Source of the DNA: Octopus sinensis
Lineage: Eukaryota
Direction of reading: 5' to 3'
Assembly (NCBI RefSeq): GCF_006345805.1
Contig: NC_043004.1
Span: 22,878,001-22,942,000, forward strand
Length of the DNA: 64,000 nt
Of this stretch, positions 24,870 through 37,400 are shown one piece after another. The position numbers and the translations under genes are program-made. The number at the start of each line of letters is the position of its first letter. Position 1 is the stretch's first letter. The notes under the pieces are model-generated. The model was not told the origin of the DNA. It did no database searches and saw only the letters and a program-made list of their open reading frames with translations.

Positions 24870-26330
24870 ACATTCCTTTACAAGGGCATCATCTACCTAA
24901 TTCTTATAATTGGCTTTCATCTGTCGGTGGGAAATTTTAAGCGTGCTTTCCCAGAGCACTGTAAGTTCAAATGCTCGTTTTGCGTTCCAACGATATCTGG
25001 TTGGATTGATGTGACCGGCACTACTTCTGAAAAGTTGTGTTTACACTTCAGATTCACTTGCAACTCCCATTCCCAGATTTGGTGTAAAATAAGTGAGAGA
25101 CCCTTCATAAATGTATTTGCTTTAGGATTTATAATCTACCCTTAGGAATCTGAAAACATTCGGTGCTTATGATTGTCTCTTGACGGATTTACCCGTCTTC
25201 CTTTAGGTCAATCCATTTCGTAATTTTTGTTAAGACCATGAAGCGCCTCTGATTTACATCACTCTTCTCCTAGTGCTCTAGAAATTTTGGTCAAATGTGG
25301 TCCATGGGACAAAGAATTACTCCACACATCCTGCGGTATGGGTGTTCCTTTCTGTCCTAGATTTGAAGTTTATTTTTAATTGGCAATTGTCCAGCGACCG
25401 TGCGAATGAAGAAGGACAGCTTGTTATGAATAGTTCATGAGAGTTATATCCAGGGCACACTTCGTCACACTGCTTTATCACACTTAATCCATTGTCTCTC
25501 TCATATGGTGATTACCTCTGTTGAATCTTGGATCATCTGCGCTATGAGTTTGCTCTTGCTGCTGTTAGTATTTTGCTACTCCTTGCCAATTTCTAGCCAG
25601 TCTTAACAGAATACGCCAATAATCTCCTGATGTTTCAACATTTTGCTAACAATTATAGCTTTGTTTACATCTGTAATCTCTCGTTCTCATTACGAAAGTG
25701 ATGACTCAGTGAGAAAAGTGCTGGCTCACCTTACCTCGGTGGCCTTGAAGTTTTCCATTAGGGACGTATTAAGCAAGAAGATCTTAGAATTTTGCTGTAC
25801 AGGTTGAATTAAATGTCAGACACTTTCTTGCAAATTCACTGAACAATCTTTCAATTACCTTGACATCAGCCATGCCGAAGTCATAAATTATGAATTGCCA
25901 GGGTGATTTAAGTTTGATAATAAAAGCATCACACTGTAAACCTTCCAATTAACTGGATTTTTTCACTAGCCCTAAATCTGTTGCGCAATTGGTTCTTGGT
26001 ATAATTGACATGAACGTTGTTTCTCAGAATACTACTATAGTTCTTGCTAAGGCATGGGATTCCATTTCCTTGAAATATTGAACTCTTGTGCAACAGAAAA
26101 TATAAAAAAGGTGATCCCTCAGCCTCCTTATCAAGATTACTTTCTAATAGTTTACATGTGTAACCTTACAGTCATCTTTCCTACCGAACTCAGAATCTGC
26201 TGTGCTCCTACAAAGTGAGCACTTTATATTTATCAGTGGTTTTTGTTTCTCTAGACTGCTTTCTTCGCACATCTAGTAGGTCAGCTGCGATTCTCGATCT
26301 ATTGCCAGAATGACTTTTGCAAGTCTCTAC
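24870..26330 (-). mobile_element. Decayed HERO/R2-like RLE non-LTR retrotransposon
   Basis: WELQVNLKCKHNFSEVVPVTSIQPDIV resembles the HERO WxLxVDL..FP.I..T.LRPDIV motif; upstream KLSFFIRTVAGQLP; heavily degraded. Confidence 0.55.
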
Positions 26331-26344
26331 TATTTGCCGGTGAA

Positions 26345-26740
26345 AATTATGTCACGCTGTTTTTGGGTGTGTTGATATAGACTTACGAACATCCGGGATC
26401 CGGGACCCTCTTCGGTCACGACACTGACCATGGGATTGCACCTAGAAAGTTACCCTCCTAGTCACAAGTCTGGGCATGGTTGTTTATGGAAGACCAGCAG
26501 TCGCCCATGCATACCGGCCTCCCCTCTCCACGCCACCAGTGTTATCCAAGGGAAAGACAAAGGCCGATACAGCTTGGCACTCGTGACGTCGCAACTCATT
26601 TCTACAGCTGAGTGAACTGGAGCAACATGAAATAAAGTGTCTTGCTCAAGAACACAACACGCAGCCCGGTCCGGGATTCGAGCTCACAACCTCACGATCG
26701 TAAGCTCGACGCTCTAACCACTGAGCCATACGCCTTCACT
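26345..26740 (-). mobile_element. tRNA-derived SINE family D (CORE-like central domain)
   Basis: ggcgtatggctcagtggttagagcgtcg...gagctcgaatccc...cttgagcaagacactttatttc..ccagttcactcagctgta. Confidence 0.85.
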
Positions 26741-27747
26741 TACGAACATAAATATAACATATTTATATATATGTATTTGTATATAAGTGTTTGTGCGCTT
26801 GTGTGTCTGTATGTATGTATTATATAGGTAGGTATGTAGGTAGGGAGGGAGGTATACATGAGTACACGCGCAATAAGGTGGATGGAAGTGATTCAAGAGT
26901 GTGTTTATGAGTGTTTCGTACAACATAATGTTATCTTTTTTTTATATTATTTTAGCGATAATACCAAATGGCATTCTGAGAAAATTTTATGAAGAATAGT
27001 TTTTCTAAAGTTTTCTTTTTCATTTCAAAATTAATCATTTCACAACTTTCCCGCGATTCGCCGTAAATGTCTTGTCAATGCAGCTAGCGGCAAACAGCTA
27101 TACAATATAACGAAAATTTTCTCATAGAGATGACTAAGAGAAAATAGAAATATGAAAACTAAGGAATATGATATTTTGGTATTCTTTCTTAAAAGGATTA
27201 ATGGAACTTGAAATACGAGCTGGCAATTAATATCGGATATTAAAATGGTTTAGGACATAAAATTAATGAGAAATATGACCGCTTTCGGCATTGTGTCGAT
27301 TTTAGGCTAATACATTTATTTATCAGATCTTTGATGCTGCTATTTATGGAGACATATGTTTCAAAAAATTAGTGATATTGCTTAAAGCTTTCATTTCATT
27401 ATAATTCACTAGATTTTAATGATCTCTGTACTATATATCTTATATAAATTATATAATTATTAACATACCCATGTCATTCATAACTATGTAATTATGCATT
27501 TACTCACTTCTTTTTGATATTTCGATATATTGTAACTGCTGGTATATCTAAATCCCTACTTTTGCTGCCATTATATCGTCATTTTACTTAGAATATTTAC
27601 AAAACTTCACAATTTTCTCTCTGTGTTTCATTCGTATTCAGTTTTAAGGTGAAATAATGCGAATGAATAAATAAAATTCACAAGAATAAACAATGAATTG
27701 ATATTTAAGAAAAGGGAAAACAATATTGGTGTGAGAAGTCAGCCGAA

Positions 27748-28195
27748 TGCATCGAGCTGGCAGAATCGTTAGCAGGCTTGGCAAAATGAATAGCGGCATT
27801 TCGTCCATCTTTACCTTCTGAGTTCAAATTCTGCCGTGGTCGACTTTACCTACTATCCCTTCAGGGTCGATAACATAAGTACCAGCTGAGCACTGGGATG
27901 GATATCATCGATTTACCCCTCCCCCAGAGTTTTCTGGTTTGTGCCAAATTTTGAAAGCAATATTTACTGAATAAGAATAGCGGTGAGCTGGGAGCTAAGC
28001 ACGCCGCGCAAAATACTAAGCCACAGTTTGCCCGTTTTTACGTTGAGTTAATATTCAACCAAAGTTGACTTAGTCTTTCATCCTTTCGGGGACGATAAAA
28101 TAAGTAGTAGTTAAGTACTGAGGTCGATGTAATCGACTTACTCTCTCTCGCGAAACTGCTGGCCTTGGGCTGAAATTTGAAAGCAATATTTTCCG
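27748..28195 (+). mobile_element. Two adjacent SINE family A copies
   Basis: Heads at about 27753 (gagctggcagaatcgttag) and 27982 (ggtgagctgg). Confidence 0.8.
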
Positions 28196-29904
28196 AATCA
28201 GAGACAGCGTAGAATGACGTTTGTAGCAGCAGAAACTATGCTTCTGTTATGATTTCTTGATACGTTAATGAAAACGGTTCAAAAATGTTTCTATAGCTGC
28301 TATAAGAAAGAAATTATTAACCCCAATATCATTCCAGAGAACTGATATTTAGCAGAAAATTATTTAATACGATTGGCCTTGTAACAGAATAGCATTAATT
28401 TAAAAGACTATTTATTTAAAAGTATATTTAACGAAATCCTTATGTAACAGATTTATAATGCATTAGAACATTTATTTAATGTTCAGAATTGATTAAGAAA
28501 TAACTGAATTAACAAATACCTTATTTAACAATTTTATTTATTATAACTACTATTTTATGTTCGAATTAACAGAGCAATCATGTAACAGAACCCTTGTTAT
28601 TCATCAATTTATTTAATATAAAGTTATTTAACTGGCAATTATCAGAACAGTTATTTTACAGATGTTTCTTACCTCAAATTTATTTAACTGGAGAATTATA
28701 TAACGCAGCAGTTATTTAATACAAATGTTGTTTAAAAGAAAATTTAGTTAAGAAAATAATTTAGAAAACCACGTATTTACTAGAACATTGATTTAGTTAA
28801 ATAGTAATTTAATAGAACAGATATTTAACTGACAGAACAGTCATTTAAATGGCAGAATAGGAACACTTTCGATAAAAAAAAAAACTAAATACATGAGTCA
28901 TTATTAGATTTATATCATTCTGGGATATTTCGTTCTCTCCAATATTCTAAGCCAATTGAGAGAGCAGGTGTGCAATCGCACAGCTTGCAAGAAGTAGCAA
29001 TCAAATCTCACTCACAAGAGGAAATGACGTTCTCTGTAATTTAGCGCGAGACAAATCATAACAACAGAGACACTGTTCCTATAGCTATAGTACCGTTCTT
29101 TTATACAAAGGAATATAGTTCTGATGGTGCTTTGTTATTGCAAAATATGCCATAGAAAATTGGCCAGATTTATAGATACAGTTCAATAAGTGAGCTAGCT
29201 TTATTATTCCGTATTATATGTTTTGTCCTCCACTGTGTACATTAGATCGACTAAAATCAGTTATACGTCCCCATAGAAAAGATAATTTCTAAATTGTACA
29301 TATAATAAGAAATTTTGTTCAAATGAATTTCGTTATGTCTGAGCCATAAAGTCAGTTTAAATATTTGGTGATAACATTAAAGAGAAACGTTGTAACACAC
29401 TTGTGTTGTTTAACACCATGATGAATGACTAGCAGATCAATTGGAACTACTGTCTGCTCAAATGAGACCAATAATTATTTAATAAATGCGATAAATCTTC
29501 AAAACTAATGTTTGTGAATAAAGTTGACAATGTCACGTAAACTGCTTTAATTAGAATCTGATCGATGTTTGCCTTACACAATCTGATTACAATATAATTT
29601 TTATATTGTCAATCTGTTTCTCTCTCTCCCTTCACATATCTATCTATCTACCTATCTATTTATCTATCAATCAATCTATCTATCTATCTATCTATTTATC
29701 TATTTATATATCTATCGGTCTATCGATCTCCGTCTCTCTCTTCTACTCTCACACCCGCTCAGAGTAGTGTATGCGTATTTGATGTTTCAGTTAGCTTGTC
29801 ACAGCTAATAACATCAATTATGAAGTTGAAAAATAAACTACATAATTTAATATTTTTCAAAAATAATCTACAATTTTTTTCATATACAAACGTAAAAAGT
29901 GCTA

Positions 29905-29914
29905 CAGACTCTCT

Positions 29915-30003
<89 letters not shown>
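29905..30003. repeat. (CT)n(CA)n microsatellite
   Basis: Direct inspection. Confidence 0.95.
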
Positions 30004-30007
<4 letters not shown>

Positions 30008-33000
30008 GTCACTCACTTACTCTCGATGATTTGCTTATTTATTTTTAACAGGGCCCCGCAGATTCGAACGCAAAATATGCTACTTGTTTTTATACGCATC
30101 ATAGGAGAACAACTCCACTGTGTTCATAAGACACTCGACTTACTGGCTTCTGGACACTAGTGGTTTTACATGGCGTTTCACAGGACTTCGGGATACTAGT
30201 GCTTCGACATGGGGATGTATTAAAGAGAAATAAGCAAGTCAATGTTTGATAACTGATGTTTACACGCTTCTAACTATTCTCACAATCCACTACCACCTGT
30301 AATTATTATTCACAGTAATTTACATCCTGTTACCTATACGCAATAATTACATTGTTGCTCAAATTACTATACTTATTTAGTTTAGCGTCGTTGATGATTA
30401 TGGCTAATTATATGTTAATTGAAGTGATTAATAATTGGATCTATCCTTGTGAACTGTTAGAAATAGCAACTGAATCTTACAAACTACCATAATCTGAAGA
30501 CTTATAATTTTAGATACATTGTGACTGGAAAGGAAACAGGTCTGTTGAACTGGGTGTAAAGAACAAGAACTACCAAGAGGCCAATGACAGTATTTTAAAT
30601 ATTTTAAGTTTTCATTTATTAGACAATATGGGATGCCCACACGAAAGCCCCATACGTGGACACTATACATGCTTGAAATAAGTTAAATCTTACTATCACA
30701 ACAGATGCGTTAAATAATTTAGTGACTTTCACTACTTTATGCCAATTGAACAGAGATTAAATAAGAATAAAACAAAGCCCTTCAAATAACCTAAAATTAT
30801 TCTGTGTGTATGAGGTAGTTACGAGACATCTATCTAAAAATCTTCTGATATTTTCATTTATCTGTTTTCAAATATTTGGCTTTTTACTCCTATCTTTATC
30901 CTAAATATTTATCATATTTCACAAAACATTTTAAATTCAATATAGGACTTACGAGGGGATTATTTCGATGTTTTATGCAAACTCTGTCATGCAGAGTTTA
31001 CATAAAATTCGCTTTGGAGTTTGTCTTTTTATTCAGACGAATTTCAAAATATCAGATAATCGTAATACAATGCTTAACTTTAATTCCTCATATGAATCTG
31101 CAATCTATACTGGATTCCTATTAGTATATAATTTCATATGCTGTACTTCTCAACTTTGAATATGCTAGTAAATCATGACAAGTCAAGTCATTCCCTAAGC
31201 ATTTCTGCCATCAGAGCACCAACATGATTTTACTGATCCTTTCTCTCTTCTCTTTTCTCGGTTTTGGGCTCTCGACCAATGCGATTTACAATAAAATACT
31301 GGTATAACTTCTATTCAATCTGTATCCATGCTCTTCGTAAGAGATATCTAGTGTTCACTCTCTGGGACCTTATGTGTCACTCAGAGGTGTTGGTTTTTAA
31401 TACCACTGGATATTCATACATCTTAGACGCTCATCAATGGCTGTTGGGATCAATTTTGTCTGTCAATCACTGAGTCATTTATTGTCTATTTACTTGTATC
31501 ATATTATAGGTTCCTGTTGAAGGAAACCTCAAGGAATCAGTATTAATCTAATTGCACATCAATTTGTTACTCAACTACATATACGTAATATATAAGTCAT
31601 AGTTTAGAACTATGTTATGTATAAATGAGTACATTGCTGACCTAAGGGATTTTAAATCATGACTCTCCCCAAGCCACAGGCATAGGTCTAATTCTTATAA
31701 TGAGATGAACTTAAATAAAGTCTCCAAAGGCCAGCTGAGTTACTATTTCATTCTATCTAACTTAAAGACCAACGAAACGCTAAGGTGACTATAACTTGAA
31801 TACAGAGCGCGACAACCAGCCTCTCTGTTGGTTCTGTTATAGTTGCACCTATTCATGACTATACAGGTATGATGTTATTTGGCCACATATAACTCTGTCG
31901 CCATTTAACAAGACTTTATCGTAAGCTGAAAAGTACTCCATTTCGAAATAGAGAAATATCTGCTGATTACAGACTTTAGCTCTCGTCAAAATTTCAACAG
32001 CGATTGTAATCTAGTATAAAGAAGCAATGTTTAAAAATTATAATTTATCACAAGTAATATATTTTCACTTCTGGAAGGAGAAAATATATGGAAAATTGTG
32101 TTGAAAGTAATGAACTGAGGATTTGTTTTTATCTGACCACTTTCCAAAATTCAATCTTTCTTCAGAATACAAATACCAAATTGTAATGTCATTGTCATTT
32201 TCCTTAAAGTTTTTCATTAGCCTGTTGGATTAATGTTTTCCAAACGTCTGCATAAATATTTATCAATTCTGACATATTTTACATTATATATTCATTAATA
32301 ATTTTCTGGAATAGAACTGTATTTGCTGTTGTTCTTTAAAAGAGATAAAGTCTTGTTTTAAAGTATTCTGTGTGATTTACCAGCCTTTCTCGTTTCAAAA
32401 TTCATCCATGACTTTAAGTTTTATTGGTGTTCGTTTGATCAATTTCTATTATTATAGAGAATTATTGAGATTTAGTTACAACAGACATTTTGTTTTTTTG
32501 CTTTTTCTTTAAAAGTATCGTTGCTAATATGTATTGATTTAGTGAAGTGTCGCCTTATTAGCCTTATATGAGGACAGTAAATAAAAATAAATGTTTAGCT
32601 AGCGATAGCGCCTTGTAATGACGTGCTTCCTGAATCTGCTCACTGCCCAGGCACTTTGCGTTATCTTCAATAAATCCAAATTGTCTCGAGCATCATGAAT
32701 TAAATTGTTAGAACGGAAACTACTGAAGCTACCAGATGGAATGTAGTTATCCCTGGGTGTTTGTCGAAATAAATTTTTACGCATCCTCATGATACTTGGG
32801 CATATTCAACAGACTCCTTATCGTTTAAATATTTCATGAAGTATTCTGGTCTGAAATTTCTTATTTACTTTTAGCTAACCCTCTCGAAAACCCCAGTATG
32901 AAAAAAAAATGGAATATTAATAGTATTTAAAAAGCGTCGAATCTATATAGCTTTCAGACTTCTATACTAAATACAGTTGTATTTCTGACAGTTCTGTTCT

Positions 33001-34069
33001 GTTAGCAAGCTTAGTCGTTCTCTTGGGTATAACTGTGCAGTTTGGCTGCTGAATATTTTATTGTTTGTACTCGATTATCTCGGGGGTTTTCCCATTTGTA
33101 TATTTACACACATTATTAATTGACAAACGGAAATGTTGAATTAAAAGGACTTTCAATAAGTAACAGCATTAGGGATTTGTAGGGATTTCCATAACATTAC
33201 ACATTACATCAAAACTACTCAATTTTATTTGAAAACATTAAAAATTTTAGTTGTAAATTTTCTTCCAGTGAATATGAAAGCGACGTGGAATAACCTGTAC
33301 TGTTCGTAAGAATTTGCTGAGATTCACGTATAAAATTGTGTAATAGTGGAATGATTTGAATTTAGACCTAAGTTTCGTCGTTCGTACATTCCAAGTATTA
33401 GGAAGAAGTAGTGAATTTTCCTCGCAGAAAAAAATAATCATCTTTTTCTCTTCACAGACTGCACAACAACAAAAAGACAATTTGAATTTTAAAAATGCTT
33501 TGAGGAAGCTATGGAGTGATTTCACAAAAATAATAACCAAATTATTTCAAAGGAAATAATTTTCACGACTGGCAAATTGTATTGGTGATAAAAATACTTT
33601 CAATTAGAATTAATGTTTAATACAATTATTTATGTTTACATAGACCGGTCATGAACGTAAATACCAACTATATTAGTTAAATGATCAATCATGTTCAACT
33701 AAACATAAACACATATTGGTTCTTGTAAATCACTACATAAATAACGAGAAACATACATAATTTTGCATTACTTTCCGAATACTCACATGCGTACAGACAT
33801 GACCTCAAACTCACTATGCATAGCATCAATTCATTTGCATAATTACACACATGCAAGCTCATACAATTACCCGGTCACACTCACACGCTATGACAATATC
33901 TATTCGTGGACTTGTCAGCGTATTCACCTATATCTAAACACACATCAGTTTCACCATCAAAAGATGGTAACACCTGGTCTTTATATTTCGAAATTTCCTC
34001 TGCTCTCCCGATTTGTTTCTTGTCTGTGACTGTTTTGGCTCTGCCTGTCAGTCTCTCTCCATCCCTACG

Positions 34070-34115
<46 letters not shown>

Positions 34116-34344
34116 TTTTTTCTTTTGCAAAATCTTCTGCAGAAAGATTAACCTCCAGAACATCTAAAACTCTTTCGCATCAGAGTTGAACTAATAGCAT
34201 AATCAGCGTACATAGTATTTTCCAGTCGTCTGCTTTTCTACAACTTTTGTGCTTTTGATTTTAAATTTCACATACACATAAATAAATATATAGACAAATA
34301 TATCATCACCATCAACACGATCTGTATCGTCATTGTCATCATCA

Positions 34345-35430
34345 TTATTAAATATTTTCTTTTTATCTCAAGATTTTTTGTATCTCCTGGAGTCTTGCAT
34401 ACGTTGCTGGCTTGCTGCCTGCAGCCTACGGTACCATGCTCTCTGTTCTAATACTTCACTGATTATTCTGGCCATGCTAAGGAGGCAAATCTTTTGTAAC
34501 AATTGTACAGGGCGCTCTATTCCAATATCCTTTATATTCCTCTTGATGCCTTCGGATACTGTCCCCAAAGACCCAACATTAATTGGTGCAATTTTCATCT
34601 TCTTCATTTCCCATAGACGGTCTATTTTGTAATTAAGACGAGTACATATATCTATTTTTTGCCTTCCTTCTTGAATGGGTTAAACGGGCTTGCAACATCG
34701 GGTATAAAGCATATGTGGTGTACATTTTTGACCACCACTAAATCCGGTCTGATATGCTCTAGCGCCTGATCTGTTTGGATTGGGAAATTCCTGAGGGTTT
34801 TGCTAGTCTCCGACTCCACCACGCTTTCTGGTATGTGCTCATACCACGTCTTGCCTTTCTCTAGTCCTCACTTTTCGAACAGTTTCCAATGTAGCACTTC
34901 CGCTACCTCATTGTGGCACAACTTGCTGTGGTTTGGGTCAATTCTAGGTCATTCGTTCGTGATATGGGCAATGGTTTTATTCACTGCGAACAGAAGCGGC
35001 ACAGCGGAGACACATGTTCATTCTTAAGGTTAAGCGCCAATTTGTGGCCAAAGCTTGGTCTTGTGCTGCTGGTATAGTGCCCTGTCTTTTTTCTTTCACT
35101 ATTCTCATTAAGCTCTCGAGTTCGATCTTATCAGTTCCCTTCCGCCATTTGCTTTCTTCATGTATTGGCGATCACTGTCCGCACCCATGCATCGTCAGGA
35201 GCTTTCTTGTCTTCCAGGCCAATTTCTTTCCCTGTACACTTCAGGACTTCAGTACCATACGGGATTACTACAACTGCGAGCGAGTCTATTGCCGAAATTA
35301 TGCTACTGGTATTGAACTTTGAAGCCATTATTTATCTCACTCGTTGCAGTAATATTTCTATTCTTTCATATTGTTGTACTTAATTCCACCTCCTTCAAGT
35401 ATTCTCATGTTTTTATAACTGGATTCAGGC
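34345..35430 (-). mobile_element. R4/Dong-clade LINE fragment, same family as 16335-16905
   Basis: Post-RT region, a degenerate CCHC-like knuckle (PLCRFCS...IAHI) and RLE (HIRPDLVVV...KIAPINVGSLGTVSEGIKRNIKDIGIE); 3' end alignable to 16350-16470. Confidence 0.8.
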
Positions 35431-35713
35431 TGAACAATTTTTATTATTATTTTTTCTTGGTGATCTGTGACAACTATATCCGACATGTTAGCCTTAATTT
35501 ATCTATCAGTATGTATGGTTGCTTCTCACTTTCTGAGACCTTTTCTGGGGTGAGCCTATATAGTCTTTTTTTCTTGTTTTTGATATTCCATAGTGTTGGT
35601 ATAGCTTCCATTGTGTCTAGGTTCCAACCCTGTCGTGTCTGTGAATGTATACCATCTTAGCTAGGACTGGGCAGCCAGAGACAATATGATTTATTGTTTT
35701 TTCTCTATTAGCA

Positions 35714-35715
<2 letters not shown>
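35431..35715 (-). mobile_element. R4/Dong-clade fragment, second family
   Basis: INHIVSGCPVLAKMVYIHRHDRVG...IKANMSDIVVTDHQ; alignable to 40460-40710; 5' end abuts (TAA)n. Confidence 0.7.
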
Positions 35716-35774
<59 letters not shown>

Positions 35775-35910
35775 TAGTTTTATTTTTATAGCGTGCTTTC
35801 ACTTCACTACCGAGCGCAGCTCTGTGTGCCTTGGGTATGTGCTGTGATTTGTTGTGATGCTCTGATGGTTATTGTATGGAAAGTGTTCTGCGTAGGATGT
35901 GTGCAGTGCC

Positions 35911-35978
<68 letters not shown>

Positions 35979-36030
35979 ATTATTATTATTATTATTATTA
36001 TTATCATTATTATTATTATTATTATTACTA
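35706..36030. repeat. (TTA)n arrays hosting LINE insertions
   Basis: About 35716-35770 and 35911-36030; a further array at 40033-40097. Confidence 0.95.
35771..35910 (-). mobile_element. Heavily 5'-truncated (~140 bp) R4/Dong 3' end between two (TAA)n arrays
   Basis: Matches 40098-40210 (gtgctttcacttcactaccgag...gtaggatgtgtgca); both junctions fall in TAA repeats. Confidence 0.75.
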
Positions 36031-36039
36031 TTAACAAAA

Positions 36040-36650
36040 TCGGTGAGCTGACAGAATCGTTAGTCTGTCAGGCAAAATGCTTAGCGGTGTGTCGCCTATC
36101 TTTATGTTATCATTTAAATTCTTCTGAGGTCGACATTACATTCTAACCTTTCGGGCCAATAAAATAAGTATTAGTTGAGCACTGGGGTTTGATGTAATCG
36201 ACTAATCTCTTCTTGCAAAACTTCAGGCATTGTGCCTATAGTAGAAAGTATTATTATTTTCATAAGTTATCAAGGTAGCGAATTAATATCCGCTTCGGGT
36301 CACCTTCTTTAAGTGTTAGGTCACATTCTTTACGTTCTGAGTTCGACGACCACCGTGATCAACTTTGCTTTTCATCTTTCCGTTGTCAATAATATAAAGC
36401 AATAGCCATGAATTGCAGTTAGTATATTCGAGTACCTATTCTCTATCCGACTGCTTGCCGTATGCCAAATTTTAAAATAACTATTAATATTGGAAAAATA
36501 CCTGTTTGTTCTTACTCCTTACATTTCGAGTTCAAACCCTATCGCTATCAATTGTTCATTGCTGTTCATGAAGTGAAGTCCATAAAATAAAGTATCATTC
36601 AAGTACTGGAGTTCCCTCCGTATAATATTTCAGGTTGTACGTCTACGTCA
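36040..36650 (+). mobile_element. Cluster of three progressively decayed SINE family A copies
   Basis: Head ggtgagctgacagaatcgttag at about 36042; further ttctgagttc/ttcgagttc boxes near 36335 and 36525. Confidence 0.65.
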
Positions 36651-36674
36651 GAAACGACTATTGCTGTTATTAGT

Positions 36675-36983
36675 TATATCAAATATAAATTAAAAACAGA
36701 ACACAAAGGATATCGCGGTACACGTGTTTCAAGCTTCATAAACAATCTGTTATTACATCAGTGTATTATTGGTATAAAAGATGGTTTAAAGCTCTCTTCA
36801 GCCGCAAACATTGTTAGTCCAAAGATTACATCACAATATAAAAAGTACACGTAATATTACCTCTATCTTTAAACCATCTTTTATATCAATAATACACAGA
36901 TGTAATAACAGATTGTTTATAAAGCTTGAAACGGGTGTACCGCGATATCCTTTGTTTTCTGTTTTTAATTTATATTTTATATA
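36675..36983. mobile_element. MITE-like hairpin element
   Basis: ~115 bp near-perfect inverted arms (aaatataaattaaaaacaga...gatggtttaaag and its complement) around a 75 bp spacer. Confidence 0.75.
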
Positions 36984-37084
36984 TTCTCCCACCTCTGCCA
37001 CTATTTGGCATATACAGGTGCTTAGACTTATCAAGTATTCACTCTAAATTAACAGTACCTGTTATTAGTTAGATACATGTGGCT

Positions 37085-37400
37085 TTGAGAAGGTGCTTGG
37101 CTTAGTGGTTAGGGTGTTCGACTAACGATCGTAAGGCCGTGGGTCCAGTTTTGAGCAGCATCGCTCGCGTATCCTTCAAGACATTTTACTTCATGTTGAT
37201 TAAGTCCACTCAGCTGGCAAAACTGAGTTTTACTCGTAATTCAAAGTGCCATCCTTTTTATATTCTGTGTAACGCTGAATCTCCATGATAATTGAATTAA
37301 AGTTACTCATGTCTGTGGAGTTCTCTGCCACTTGCAAGTTAATTTCACCAACAGGATCGTATCAACTGGGAAAATCATTGTTTTAACTGACGGACAGCCA
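37085..37400 (+). mobile_element. Decayed tRNA-derived SINE (family B/D related)
   Basis: ggcttagtggttagggtgttcgact...ctgccacttgcaagttaatttcac. Confidence 0.6.

Noticed and set aside
30040-30250. Acceptor-like ttttaacag followed by moderately GC-rich sequence (also 6527-6603 and 6755-6830)
   Set aside because: All frames close quickly or give unrecognisable peptides, with no matching donor support.
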